This document shows, one piece after another, positions 30,441 through 40,288 of a DNA stretch of 64,000 bases. The DNA is from Sedimentisphaerales bacterium (lineage in GTDB: Bacteria; Planctomycetota; Phycisphaerae; Sedimentisphaerales; Anaerobacaceae): NCBI GenBank assembly GCA_963708075.1, contig OY970194.1:3648001-3712000 (forward strand). The letters run 5' to 3'. Numbering within the stretch: position 1 is the stretch's first letter; each line of letters begins with the position of its first letter. The notes below the pieces were generated by a model. That model worked only from the letters and a program-made list of their open reading frames with translations, did no database searches and was not told where the DNA came from. The translations under genes and the position numbers were made by a program.

Positions 30441-33400
30441 CTATGGCAGTGTGGCGACGCGGGGCCAGGCGTCTTCCCAGACCATGGTCGAGATCTTCAG
30501 TTCGGGGCGGCCGGTTTGGCCGTGGTAGGCGTGAAAGACCAGGTAGTCGCCGGTCTTGTCCTGGAGGACGGCTTCGTGGCCGGGACCGCGCCAGTTCGGC
30601 GTTGTCGCTTCGATGACCATCGTGCCGCCGCCTTCTAGCATGGGGACGCCGGCTTTATCCACGTAAGGACCTGTGACATCTTTCGAGCGGCCTACGCGGA
30701 TGTTGTACGTGCTTTTTGCGCCCCGGCAGCAGAAGTCGAAGGAGGCGAACAGGTACCACCAACCGTCGTGGCGGACGATGAACGGGGCTTCGATAGCCCC
30801 TGACTGCGGCGGCGTCTCATGCGGGCCGGTGCGCGGACGCCTCGCCAGGTTGTGCAGCGTCGTGTCGGTGGTCGAGCACTTGCCGGTCTGCGGGTCGATC
30901 CGGCGCATCATGATCCCGCCCCAGAAGCTGCCCCAGCACAGCCACGCGTTCTGCTCATCCTGGATCACCAGATTGCCGTCGATGGCGTTCCAGTCGTCCT
31001 TGCCTTCGGTTGACCGGACGACGAGGCCCTGATCGACCCATTTGTAGTCGGGGCTGTTTGGATCGAGAGTGCCGTTTGTGGCCAGGCCGATGGCCGAGTT
31101 GTTTTTGCCAAACGTGGAGACGGAATAATAGAGATGGTATTTGCCGTTGAAGTAAGAGATATCAGGCGCCCAGGCACCGCGAGTCCCCGGGATTTCCTTC
31201 GGGGCCCATTCCGGCAGCGCACTGAAGACACTGCCGGACCTTGTCCAGTGGCGCATGTCTTTGGATTGCTTAATCGGAACAATCCCCGATCCTCGGCCGG
31301 CGCTCGTGCAGAAGACGTAGAACGTGTCCCCCTGCCGGATGATGACTGGGTCGTGCGCGCCCAGATCGCCCGAAAGCTCAAGCATCTGTGGCGCTCCCGT
31401 GGCCGAAGATGCCGCCCCCTCAGACTGGCCAGATGCGTCCCGACTTGCTGAGTTTTGGGTGGCAGCGTCAAGCGCAGCTTGGCGATGGTCTGCCCGTTCG
31501 CCATCGCCAAGGCCTTCGGCCTTGACGCTGCCACCCATCGCGGCCGGAGTTGCGAGAACCTCCAGCCCGCCTTTGAGCCGGATATCCTCCGACGAGCTGC
31601 CCACCATCACCTCAAACGCACCGGGCTCCACGATGAATCCATGCGTCTTCGTGTCGTAGAAGGAGAGCTTCTCCACCGGCAGTTCCAGCGTCACAGTTTT
31701 CTTCTGGCCCGGCTGAAGGCTGATCCGCTGGAATCCTCGCAGCTCTTTCGCAGGCCGCTTCACGCTGCACTCCAAATCGCGTACATAGAGCTGCACGACC
31801 TCATCGCCCGCGCGCTTGCCGGTGTTCGCCACGTCCGCCATCACCGTGACTTTGCCGTTGGGCGGGACCTGCTTCGGGGAAATCTGAAGGTTGGAGTACG
31901 CAAAGTCTGTGTAGCTCAGGCCGTGGCCGAAGGCGAAAAGCGGCGAGCCGTTGAGGTACATGTACGTGAAGCCTTTGGTGATATCGTACTCATCCTGTGG
32001 CGGAACCTGGCTTTCGGAGGCATAGAAGGTGTAGGGCAGCTTGCCGCCCGGATTCGCGTTGCCGAAGAGGACGTCGGCCATGGCGTTGCCGCCCTCCTCG
32101 CCGGCCCACCAGGCTTCGAGAATCGCCGGCACGTGCTCCTTGATCCAGGGAATCGCCAGCGGACCGGCGTTGAGCAAAACGACCGCCGCACGGGGATTTG
32201 CCGCGAGCACCGTCTTTACCAACTCCTCCTGATTGCCGGGCAGGCTCAGGCTGTCACGGTCGCGCCCCTCCGCCTCCACATTGAGCGTAGTGCCGACGTA
32301 GACGATAGCCACATCGGCCTTCTTCGCGATTTCTGCGGCCTTGCGCAATTCCTCCTCTTTGTTGAAGGGTGTTTGCGGCGTCCTTCTCGGCGGCGAAATC
32401 TGCGCGCCCTTGGCAAAGAAAACTTCCGTTCCTGGAGCGGCCCGATTCTTGATGCCCTGGAGCGGCGTCACGGGGTCTTTGACCTTGCCGCTGTAGCCGC
32501 CGGCGGTGAAGATGTCCGCGTGCGGGCCAATCACGGCGATGCTCCTGAGTTTGCTCCTATCGAGGGGCAGGAAGTGATCTTTGTTGCTCAGTAGCACGAT
32601 GGACTTGTGCGCGGTCCTGAGCGCCAGCCGCCTGTGCTCGGGACTGCAAATCACGCTGGGCGAAATCCTGCTATAGGGCACCATCGCCGGCGGGTCGAAC
32701 TCGCCCAGGCGAAACCGGGCCCGCAGGACTCGCAAGAGCGCGTCATCCAACCTCGATTCCGGCAGCAGGCCCTTGCGGACGGCGACAGGAATGTACTCCA
32801 TGAATTCCTTGTCGGAGAAGTCGCAGCCCGCGATCAGCGATTGCGCGACGGCGTCTTCGAAGGTCATCTTGCCGCCGGCGTGCCCTTTGACCATCGTGTC
32901 CACGCCGCCGAGGTCGGAGACGACGAATCCGCCGAAGCCCCACTGCTCCTTGAGGATGTCGGTCAGCAGCGGCTTGTTGATATTGTTCGGGACGCCGTTG
33001 ATGGCGTTGTAGGAAGCCATGATCGACTGGGCCTGGCCCTCGACGATGCAGTCGCGAAAGTGCGGCAACCAGTACTCGTGCAGCATCCGCTCGCTCACTG
33101 TGGCCGAGAGCTTCTGGCGATCTTCCTCGACGTTGTTGACGGCGTAGTGCTTGAGCGTGGAGACCAGCTTGAGGTACCTGGGATCGTCGCCCTGCAGGCC
33201 CTTGACGAAGGCGACGCCGATACGGCCGGTGAGGAACGGGTCCTCACCGTAACACTCGTTGATCCGGCCCCAGTATGGATTTCGGCTGATGTTGATCACC
33301 GGGGCGCGGTAGATCAGGCCCTTCTTCTCCCCCTGGAAATTCGGGTCCTGGTGCCAGCCGTTGTAGATCGCCCGGGCCTCGTCGGAGATCGTCGTGGCGA

Positions 33401-33728
33401 CTTCGTGAATCAGCTCCGAGTCCCACGTGGCGGCCATGGCGATGGAGATCGGGAACATCGTCGTCGGCCGATCCCACCATACGCCGTGCAGGCACTGGTT
33501 CCACTTGTCGGACTTGATCCCAAGCCGCTCGATGTCCGGCCCGCGGTGGTTCAGTAGAATCGCCTTCTCCTCCAGCGTCAGCCGCGAGATCAAATCCGTC
33601 ACGCGTTTCTCAACCGGCTGGTTCGGATCGAGGTAGATAGCCTTCTCGGAAGCTGCCCGGGCCGGCGAGAGGAGAATACCGACGATCAACAGCAACGCAA
33701 TCTGCAAGACTCGAATTCGCGACTTCAT
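30441..33728 (-). CDS. GH3 beta-glycosidase + Fn3 fused to a GH43 arabinanase-like domain
   Basis: Signal peptide; GH3 motifs (WGRINECYGEDP, KHY, VVSD, FGHGLSYT, ELRGF); GH43 motifs (HDP, WAPD, NAID, GSFW, IEAP, GPGH). Confidence 0.9.
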   Translation of the reverse strand: MKSRIRVLQIALLLIVGILLSPARAASEKAIYLDPNQPVEKRVTDLISRLTLEEKAILLNHRGPDIERLGIKSDKWNQCLHGVWWDRPTTMFPISIAMAATWDSELIHEVATTISDEARAIYNGWHQDPNFQGEKKGLIYRAPVINISRNPYWGRINECYGEDPFLTGRIGVAFVKGLQGDDPRYLKLVSTLKHYAVNNVEEDRQKLSATVSERMLHEYWLPHFRDCIVEGQAQSIMASYNAINGVPNNINKPLLTDILKEQWGFGGFVVSDLGGVDTMVKGHAGGKMTFEDAVAQSLIAGCDFSDKEFMEYIPVAVRKGLLPESRLDDALLRVLRARFRLGEFDPPAMVPYSRISPSVICSPEHRRLALRTAHKSIVLLSNKDHFLPLDRSKLRSIAVIGPHADIFTAGGYSGKVKDPVTPLQGIKNRAAPGTEVFFAKGAQISPPRRTPQTPFNKEEELRKAAEIAKKADVAIVYVGTTLNVEAEGRDRDSLSLPGNQEELVKTVLAANPRAAVVLLNAGPLAIPWIKEHVPAILEAWWAGEEGGNAMADVLFGNANPGGKLPYTFYASESQVPPQDEYDITKGFTYMYLNGSPLFAFGHGLSYTDFAYSNLQISPKQVPPNGKVTVMADVANTGKRAGDEVVQLYVRDLECSVKRPAKELRGFQRISLQPGQKKTVTLELPVEKLSFYDTKTHGFIVEPGAFEVMVGSSSEDIRLKGGLEVLATPAAMGGSVKAEGLGDGERADHRQAALDAATQNSASRDASGQSEGAASSATGAPQMLELSGDLGAHDPVIIRQGDTFYVFCTSAGRGSGIVPIKQSKDMRHWTRSGSVFSALPEWAPKEIPGTRGAWAPDISYFNGKYHLYYSVSTFGKNNSAIGLATNGTLDPNSPDYKWVDQGLVVRSTEGKDDWNAIDGNLVIQDEQNAWLCWGSFWGGIMMRRIDPQTGKCSTTDTTLHNLARRPRTGPHETPPQSGAIEAPFIVRHDGWWYLFASFDFCCRGAKSTYNIRVGRSKDVTGPYVDKAGVPMLEGGGTMVIEATTPNWRGPGHEAVLQDKTGDYLVFHAYHGQTGRPELKISTMVWEDAWPRVATLP
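31457..31536. repeat. 80-bp REPIN inside the GH3-GH43 linker
   Basis: GGGTGGCAGCGTCAAGCGCAGCTTGGCGATGG-12nt-CCATCGCCAAGGCCTTCGGCCTTGACGCTGCCACCC. Confidence 0.92.
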
Positions 33729-33758
33729 ACCGATTCTCTCCGGAAATCTCATATCTCC

Positions 33759-33837
33759 GGGTGGCAGCGTCAAGCGCAGCTTGGCGATGGTTCACCATTC
33801 GCCATCGCCAAGGCCTTCGGCCTTGACGCTGCCACCC
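33759..33837. repeat. 79-bp REPIN upstream of the GH3 gene
   Basis: Same two arms as 31457-31536, with spacer ttcaccattcg. Confidence 0.92.
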
Positions 33838-33920
33838 GGATTGACGCCTTGCGTTGTGAAGGACTCAGGCGCGTGACCTCACAAGTCCTTCTTATAGCCT
33901 TCATGGCCAAGCTTCCCCTC

Positions 33921-33996
33921 ATGTCATTCCCGCGAAGGCGGGAATCCAGTCACGCATCGAATGCTCCTGGCCCCCCCGCCTGCGCGGGGGTGACAT
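33921..33996. repeat. GTCATTCCCGCGAAGGCGGGAATCCAG-type (CGTC-family-like) REP doublet
   Basis: atgtcattcccgcgaaggcgggaatccag...ctggcccccccgcctgcgcgggggtgacat inverted pair. Confidence 0.8.
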
Positions 33997-34022
33997 GGGA
34001 CAGATCGTTCCATTGCAACCGT

Positions 34023-35117
34023 TCACAAGCCCAGGTGCTCCTTCGCATAGGCGAGGCATTTTTTCACGTTCGCATCCTCCAGCGCGAACTGCTCGGACAC
34101 GGGCAACTGGCTCACTTGCGGCAAGGGCTGGTTGCCGCCCCGCGCCCGAACCATCTTCAATGTGCGGGCCAAGTGCGAGCCGGGGATATCGTCCATCGCC
34201 GACCAGTATCCCTCGGTCAAGCACGGGACTTTCAGCGGATCGCGCGTCATCATCTCCAGGGTGAAGTGGACTTCGGGGTGGCGATCGCGCAGAATCCGGA
34301 CGACTTTCGGCAGATCGAGAATTCCCTCGCCCAGCGGCACGTCGGCCAGCAGGAAGCCGTCCTCATACTCCCGAACGGCTGCATCTTTCAGGTGCACCGA
34401 AAACGCCCACGGGGCGTAGGCCTCGATCACCTCCATCGGGTCCTCCAGGAACGCGATATCATTGCCCGTATCGACGCACATGCCGACGTACTCGCTGCTG
34501 ATGCGTTTGAGCGTTTCGAGCTTCTCAGGCACCCGTTCATCCTTGTGGTTCTCGACGGCCAGGCGGATGCGATGGCGAGCCATAATCGGCTCGGCCAGTT
34601 CCAGCATCTTGCGGCCGCGATCACGCGTCTGGCGAAATTCCTCAGCGGATTTGAACGCTTCATACCGCCGGCCCGAGCCCTTACTCGGCAAGACTACTCG
34701 AATCACAGTGGCCCCGGCGTTTTGGGCCGTCACAACCTCAGCCTCGAATCGCTCAAGATCGGCTTGATCTCTCGGCAGACCACCCGTCCCTTCCAGGAAC
34801 ATGCCCCATTCCTCGGCCTGCCGGCGAAGCTGCCTGGCGTAGGTCTCATCCCGTCTGCCCATCCCCACCTGCACGCCGCCGGCCCCCAGATTGTGACAGT
34901 ACGTGAGGAATCTCAGCGGCTCTGTGAAACGCTCTTCGCTCTCGCCCGCATTCCTGTCGGCGCGGCTGCGAAGAGCATACGAATCGGTGCAGACACCCAG
35001 CCGGGACCGGCCGGGCGATTGCGGATTACGGATTGCGGATTGCGGATTCGCGCCGACGGACTTGACTCCCAACCCAAGAGCCCCGGCCCACATTAGAATC
35101 TCTCTGCGATTGTACAT
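34023..35117 (-). CDS. Sugar phosphate isomerase/epimerase (xylose isomerase-like TIM barrel), Tat-like signal
   Basis: NRRE N-terminus; AVENHKD, DTGN, VHLKD, LGEG, TLE metal motifs. Confidence 0.88.
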   Translation of the reverse strand: MYNRREILMWAGALGLGVKSVGANPQSAIRNPQSPGRSRLGVCTDSYALRSRADRNAGESEERFTEPLRFLTYCHNLGAGGVQVGMGRRDETYARQLRRQAEEWGMFLEGTGGLPRDQADLERFEAEVVTAQNAGATVIRVVLPSKGSGRRYEAFKSAEEFRQTRDRGRKMLELAEPIMARHRIRLAVENHKDERVPEKLETLKRISSEYVGMCVDTGNDIAFLEDPMEVIEAYAPWAFSVHLKDAAVREYEDGFLLADVPLGEGILDLPKVVRILRDRHPEVHFTLEMMTRDPLKVPCLTEGYWSAMDDIPGSHLARTLKMVRARGGNQPLPQVSQLPVSEQFALEDANVKKCLAYAKEHLGL

Positions 35118-35120
35118 GGC

Positions 35121-36521
35121 TCATACCACCTTGAGGCTGCGGAGTTCTTTGTCCCAGGGGCTGCGATACGGACGCGTCAGCATCTCGTTGGCCTGCGGAT
35201 CGCCGACAATCTGCTCCTTCTCCGCGTCCCAGGTGATCTTGCGCCCGACCCGCAGGGAGATATTGGCCAGGTGACACGTGGTCGCCACCTGGTGTGCGCT
35301 CTCGATATCGGCGAGCGGCTGCTTGCGGGAGCGGATACATTCCAGGAAATCGCGTGCGTGCGCGACGTAGTCCTGGGTGCCGTTGCCACTGGTGTCCTTG
35401 ACCTTCTCGGTCCAGGTCTGGTCCTTCGGCTCCGGCGTCGGCTGCGGCCCGCCCACGGGATGGCCGCCGAGAATATTGGCCATGGTATTGAACGGGTTGG
35501 CCTTGCGATCCGGGAACACCTCATAGCCGCTGCGGCCGACCGACATCATGCCGCGAGTGCCGTAGAACATGACGCCGCCCATCCCCAGGCCCTCGCGCCC
35601 CGCCGTCGCCTCGCGATAGACGCAGATGCCCGTGAAGCCGGGGTAGTCGATCAGCACGTCCTGGCTGTCGGGCGTCTCCATATTGTCCTTCAGGTAGGTC
35701 CGCCCGCCGGTGCTGTACACCGATTTCGGCGCATTGGCGCCGGTGAACCACTGCACGATGTCCAGCGAGTGCTGGCCGAGGTTGGTCATCTGCCCGCCGG
35801 CGTAGTCCCAGATCCAGCGGAAATGATAGATGCCGCGATTGGGGTTGTACGCCCGCGCGGGGGCCGGCCCGAGCCACATGTCCCAGTCTAATTCCTTGGG
35901 CGGCTCCTGGTCCGGCGGATTGCCGAAGCCGGGCATGAGGTTGCGGCAGTAGGTGTCCTGCACGGCCACGATCTCGCCCAGTTTGCCCTGCTGGATGAAC
36001 TCGCGGGCGCGCTGGAAGTTCGGTCCGGAACGGTTCTGCACACCCACCTGGACCACTCGCTTGTATCGCTTTGCCGCGTCGATCATCCACCGTCCTTCGC
36101 GCACAAACAGCGTGAGTGGTTTCTCGACGTACACGTCCTTGCCCGCCGCACAGGCGAGCATTGTGATCATGGCGTGCCAATGGTCCGGCGTAGAGACCAC
36201 CACGGCGTCGATGTCCTTGTTGTCGAGCAGCCTGCGAAAATCACGGCACTTCGTGACGTTGCCTCCGACGATCTCGGCCCCAACGTCCGCGCGCGGGTCA
36301 TACGGGTCGCAGATGCCGAGGACGGAGACATCCGGTTGCGCTGCGAAGTTACGGGTGTGAATGCGTCCCATCAGGCCGATGCCGATCATGCCGATGCCGA
36401 TCCGTTCGTTGGCGCCGTGGACGCGCGACCAGGAGGCCGCCGTCAGTGCCGTGGCCGCTCCGGCCTTCATCAATGTCCTGCGCGTCATTCCCCCGTCATG
36501 CTGCTTGGGTGCTTGATTCAT
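35121..36521 (-). CDS. Gfo/Idh/MocA family oxidoreductase, Tat signal
   Basis: TRRTLMK, IGIGLMG, TPDHWH, YVEKP, DWDMWLGPAP. Confidence 0.92.
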   Translation of the reverse strand: MNQAPKQHDGGMTRRTLMKAGAATALTAASWSRVHGANERIGIGMIGIGLMGRIHTRNFAAQPDVSVLGICDPYDPRADVGAEIVGGNVTKCRDFRRLLDNKDIDAVVVSTPDHWHAMITMLACAAGKDVYVEKPLTLFVREGRWMIDAAKRYKRVVQVGVQNRSGPNFQRAREFIQQGKLGEIVAVQDTYCRNLMPGFGNPPDQEPPKELDWDMWLGPAPARAYNPNRGIYHFRWIWDYAGGQMTNLGQHSLDIVQWFTGANAPKSVYSTGGRTYLKDNMETPDSQDVLIDYPGFTGICVYREATAGREGLGMGGVMFYGTRGMMSVGRSGYEVFPDRKANPFNTMANILGGHPVGGPQPTPEPKDQTWTEKVKDTSGNGTQDYVAHARDFLECIRSRKQPLADIESAHQVATTCHLANISLRVGRKITWDAEKEQIVGDPQANEMLTRPYRSPWDKELRSLKVV

Positions 36522-37699
36522 CGGTAGGTCTCCTTTGTCTCAATATTGTCACGCACGAATCGCCTGGCGGCCCGGTCGAGGAGCTCCCGGCCGTGCGTGA
36601 TAGCATACTCCAAATCCATCCCGTCCTCCATACAGGAGACGGCAGCCTCAATGCCGGCCCGACGATATTCTCCCGGCGACAAGCGGACCTGTCCAGCGAG
36701 AACCGCGACTTTGGCCCCGGCGGCTTTAGCGACGCGGATGACCCCGGACACGACCTTGCCACGAAGGGACTGCTCGTCAAACGAGCCCTCGCCCGTAATC
36801 ACCCAGTCCGCGCCGGTGATTGTCTCCTGCAGCCGGGTCTGCGCCATGACCGTGTCGATGCCGCAGACCAACCGGGCATCCATGAAGGCAATCGCTCCCG
36901 CCGCCAAGCCCCCAGCCGCTCCCGCCCCCGGCACCTCGGCAACATCCCGGCCAAGCTGCTCCTTGACCACTCGGGCCAGATGCGCCAGAGCTGCGTCCAA
37001 CATCTCCACCATCTCCGGCGTCGCACCCTTTTGCGGGCCGTAGACGCACGCCGCCCCATGCTCGCCGCAGAGCGGATTGTCCACGTCACACAGCACCTCG
37101 ACAGCCGCGCTTGTAGTGACGCCGTAAGGCGTTTCTTCAGATGCCCTCACGGGCACACTACGAACAGGGGCCACGATCCTGGCAATTCGCGGGAGTTCGC
37201 CACCGCCCAAGCCAATTTCCTGCCCATCGGCTGCGAGGAATCTCCAGCCCAGTGCCATAGCGGCACCCACTCCGCCATCGACGGTTGCACTACCCCCGAT
37301 GGCAAGCAGAATCCGCCGCGCTCCGTAATCGACAGCGGCCTTGATGAGCTGTCCCACTCCGTAGGTCGTCGTTTTCAGGGGATTGCGTTGTTCAGGGCGC
37401 AGCAGTTGCAGACCCGCGGCCGTCGCCATTTCTACGACGGCAGTTCCGTCCTCGGCGAGCCAGACGAAACCGGCATCCACTTTCATGTCCGGCAGCGGGC
37501 CCATCACGATTCGACTGATCCACTGTCCGCCGGCGACCGCCATGAGGACCGAGCCGGTTCCTTCGCCGCCGTCGGCCATCGGCTTGGTGACAACCTGGAC
37601 GTGCGGCATCACGGAACGAATCGCCTGAGCCACCGTCTCACACGCCTGCACGGCCGTGAGCGAGCCCTTGAACGAATCGATAGCCACGACAATCTTCAT
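36518..37699 (-). CDS. glxK: Glycerate kinase (GlxK/GarK), with an in-frame REP insertion
   Basis: DSFKGSL, ADGGEGT, IGGSATVDGG, DVDNPL, GPQKGA, TGEG. Confidence 0.93.
   Translation of the reverse strand: MKIVVAIDSFKGSLTAVQACETVAQAIRSVMPHVQVVTKPMADGGEGTGSVLMAVAGGQWISRIVMGPLPDMKVDAGFVWLAEDGTAVVEMATAAGLQLLRPEQRNPLKTTTYGVGQLIKAAVDYGARRILLAIGGSATVDGGVGAAMALGWRFLAADGQEIGLGGGELPRIARIVAPVRSVPVRASEETPYGVTTSAAVEVLCDVDNPLCGEHGAACVYGPQKGATPEMVEMLDAALAHLARVVKEQLGRDVAEVPGAGAAGGLAAGAIAFMDARLVCGIDTVMAQTRLQETITGADWVITGEGSFDEQSLRGKVVSGVIRVAKAAGAKVAVLAGQVRLSPGEYRRAGIEAAVSCMEDGMDLEYAITHGRELLDRAARRFVRDNIETKETYR
37113..37161. repeat. REP doublet inside glycerate kinase
   Basis: GTAGTG-ACGCC-GTAA-GGCGT ... TGCCC-TCAC-GGGCA-CACTAC: two inverted GTAG-headed hairpins. 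Confidence 0.75.
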
Positions 37700-38979
37700 A
37701 GGTTCCGCCCATTCACGACGTACGGAATCGTCTGCGTGCCGTCGGGCAGGATGCAGATGGATGCATCCCGACCGTACGTATGCAGCAGCCGGTCCACGGT
37801 TGCCGCAATATCCCGGCACGGCTTAAGCATGGCACGCTCGATCTCCTCGTCGGCCAGATGACGGCTGAACAGGTACACGTCGTTCTTCCCGCAGACGGCG
37901 GCGTGAATCTGCACCTGCCACGCGTCCTGGCAGCAACAATCGCCGGCCCGAATCATCGCAAGCAGCGAGGCAGGACTGTCCGCCTCGAACAGCAGCCGCT
38001 TGTACCAGCCGTGATCGGGGATACCGTCCTCACACTCCGCGGCCACGATGATCGTCCCGCCTTCCTTGACGATCTGCGAGGCAGCGCTCATCCCCTTCAC
38101 CGATTGGTAAAGGTTCAGATCGAGCGGATAGCCCGAGTTGCTCGCGATCACAATATCGTATCTCTTCTGTACCCCTGCCATGGCGTGTTGCTTCACAAAC
38201 GCGCAGCCCTGCTCGTGTGCACGGTCCAAATCCCCGGCGAAAACCGCGGTGATCTGCTTTTCGCGATTCAGCGCCACATTGAGGAGAAACGTCGATGGCG
38301 CCATCAGGGCGGCGTCTCGAATCCCCTCCCAGACAGGGTTGCCGCGCGTGACGCCCCATGCGGCCCCGGGATCGTCGATGTTCCTCGCGTTGTGGTTCCG
38401 CATGATGGTTTCCAGGCGTGCCATGCCCGGCATGCAGGCCTTGCCCCCGCCGGAAAAGCCGGCGAAGAAGTGCGGCTCGATGAAGCCTGTCAGGATTCGC
38501 ACGTCGCAGCGAAGATATTCTTTGTGAAGCCAGACCTCGTTGCCGCCAGCGGTCGTGCCCACCAGGGCGTGCGCGTCACGGTCTCGCGCATCGTTCTGCA
38601 CGATGCGGAACCGCTTCACCACCTGCTCGCCGAACATCGTTGCAAGTTCCTCCGGGGTGCAAGGCCTGTGCGTCCCCGTGGCAATCAGCAGCACGATGGC
38701 GCTGTCATTGACATGGCTCAGCTCGTCGAGCAGAACCGGCAGAATCGTGCGATACGGCGTCGGACGCGTGATATCGTTGCAGACGATGGCGACCGCGTCC
38801 GAGGGTTTCACCAACTCCCTCAGCGGCGGCAAGCTGATGGGAGCACGCAGGGCATCCCGCACCGCGCCGGCCTGATCGGCAAGAGCCTCCACGTGCTGCC
38901 GCTGGACGACATCCACGTTCAGACCGTCCGGCAGGCTCAGGTCCAGGCCCCTCTTGCCATATGCGAGCTTCATCTTCAC
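37696..38979 (-). CDS. larA: LarA-family nickel-pincer racemase/epimerase
   Basis: DITRPTP, ATGTHR, IEPHFFAGFSGGGK, PG, GYPLDLNLYQSVKG. Confidence 0.88.
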   Translation of the reverse strand: MKMKLAYGKRGLDLSLPDGLNVDVVQRQHVEALADQAGAVRDALRAPISLPPLRELVKPSDAVAIVCNDITRPTPYRTILPVLLDELSHVNDSAIVLLIATGTHRPCTPEELATMFGEQVVKRFRIVQNDARDRDAHALVGTTAGGNEVWLHKEYLRCDVRILTGFIEPHFFAGFSGGGKACMPGMARLETIMRNHNARNIDDPGAAWGVTRGNPVWEGIRDAALMAPSTFLLNVALNREKQITAVFAGDLDRAHEQGCAFVKQHAMAGVQKRYDIVIASNSGYPLDLNLYQSVKGMSAASQIVKEGGTIIVAAECEDGIPDHGWYKRLLFEADSPASLLAMIRAGDCCCQDAWQVQIHAAVCGKNDVYLFSRHLADEEIERAMLKPCRDIAATVDRLLHTYGRDASICILPDGTQTIPYVVNGRNL

Positions 38980-38995
38980 GAGGGCAACACCCTGA

Positions 38996-40282
38996 CTATA
39001 CGTTCCTGATCAGCGACAAATCACCGCTCGCAGCCGCTTCGAGGATCGGCCGCATGTATGTGTCCACCGTCTCCGGTGTCATTGGCACCGGCATGTTCTG
39101 CAGCTTTGATCGCAACTGCGGGTCCCTGGCCGCCGTTAGCGCCCGCTCGATGTGACCCGGTCCAAATCCAGCCACGTCACTCAGCCGTGTCGGAACGCCA
39201 ACCTGACGGGCAAATTCGAGCATCGTCCGAGCAACGGCCACGCCCAGCTCCCTGCTCTTCAGCTTCTCCGGATCCTCCTGCATCAGACCCGCCTCGCGAT
39301 AGATGCGGCTGACGAGCCGCAGCGGCTCTTCAATGGCGGGAGCAAAGAACACCGTATAATACGGATTCATGATGCCGCAGGCCCGTCCGTGCGACAGGAT
39401 GTCCACCAGCGAGAAGCTGGTCAGATGCCCTCCGCTCGTGCCGCCGACCATGATCGCATAGCCGCCCAGGTCCGTCGCCAGGCACAGCGCCTCCCGCGCC
39501 TCTGCATCCTGCGGATCGGCCATCACACGAGGCAGATGAGCCACAACCAGCGAGATACACGCCTCGGCGATGTCACGCGCCTTGTCGTAGTACGGCTTGC
39601 CCACGGCGCCATAGAGGACCTCCAGCGAGTGCGAGAGGCCATCGAGAGCCCCATCCGCCGCCAGTGCTTTCGGCGTGCTAAAGCTCACCTGATAGTCAAA
39701 GACGCAGCGTGCCGGGACGATCGCGTCATCGACGACCAGTTTCTTCTGTGCGGTCGCCACGTCGGTGATATTCGCGTACTTCGTCAGATGCGCCGCCGAG
39801 CTGGCTACTGTCTGAATCGCTACGTGGGGCAGGAGGGATTTCTCTGTTTTGGCCAGAGCCGCCGAGACCAGACCGACGCCGAAGTAGTCGTCGATCCGGC
39901 CGCCAAGCGCATAGAGCACATCGGCGGCTTTGGCCGCGTCGATCGTGCTGCCACCGCCGAAGCTGATGAGCACCTCCGGCTTTGCCTTCCTCACTTCTTC
40001 CGTGATACGCAGGAGGTCTTCACGCGGCGCGTTGGGCCGGGCGCCTTTGATCTCGGCATCAATGAACCCACCCGCCTCAACGACCGCCAATTGTATAATC
40101 CGGGCGAAGTCGTCGCTGTGAGGAAACGTGCCGCGGACCAACGCGGCCCGCGATCCGAGCGACGCGACCATTTCCCCCATCTCAGACAGGACCGTCTTGC
40201 CAAAGAGATAAGCGTCGCCCTTGAACTGACGCAGCAGTTCTCGGGCGTTGTCGAAGTCGGCCTTCGTTCGTCGTTTCATCAT
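38996..40282 (-). CDS. Iron-containing alcohol dehydrogenase family
   Basis: GGGSTIDAAK, DGLSHSLE, GH...SHG metal ligands. Confidence 0.88.
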   Translation of the reverse strand: MMKRRTKADFDNARELLRQFKGDAYLFGKTVLSEMGEMVASLGSRAALVRGTFPHSDDFARIIQLAVVEAGGFIDAEIKGARPNAPREDLLRITEEVRKAKPEVLISFGGGSTIDAAKAADVLYALGGRIDDYFGVGLVSAALAKTEKSLLPHVAIQTVASSAAHLTKYANITDVATAQKKLVVDDAIVPARCVFDYQVSFSTPKALAADGALDGLSHSLEVLYGAVGKPYYDKARDIAEACISLVVAHLPRVMADPQDAEAREALCLATDLGGYAIMVGGTSGGHLTSFSLVDILSHGRACGIMNPYYTVFFAPAIEEPLRLVSRIYREAGLMQEDPEKLKSRELGVAVARTMLEFARQVGVPTRLSDVAGFGPGHIERALTAARDPQLRSKLQNMPVPMTPETVDTYMRPILEAAASGDLSLIRNV

Positions 40283-40288
40283 GCAGCC

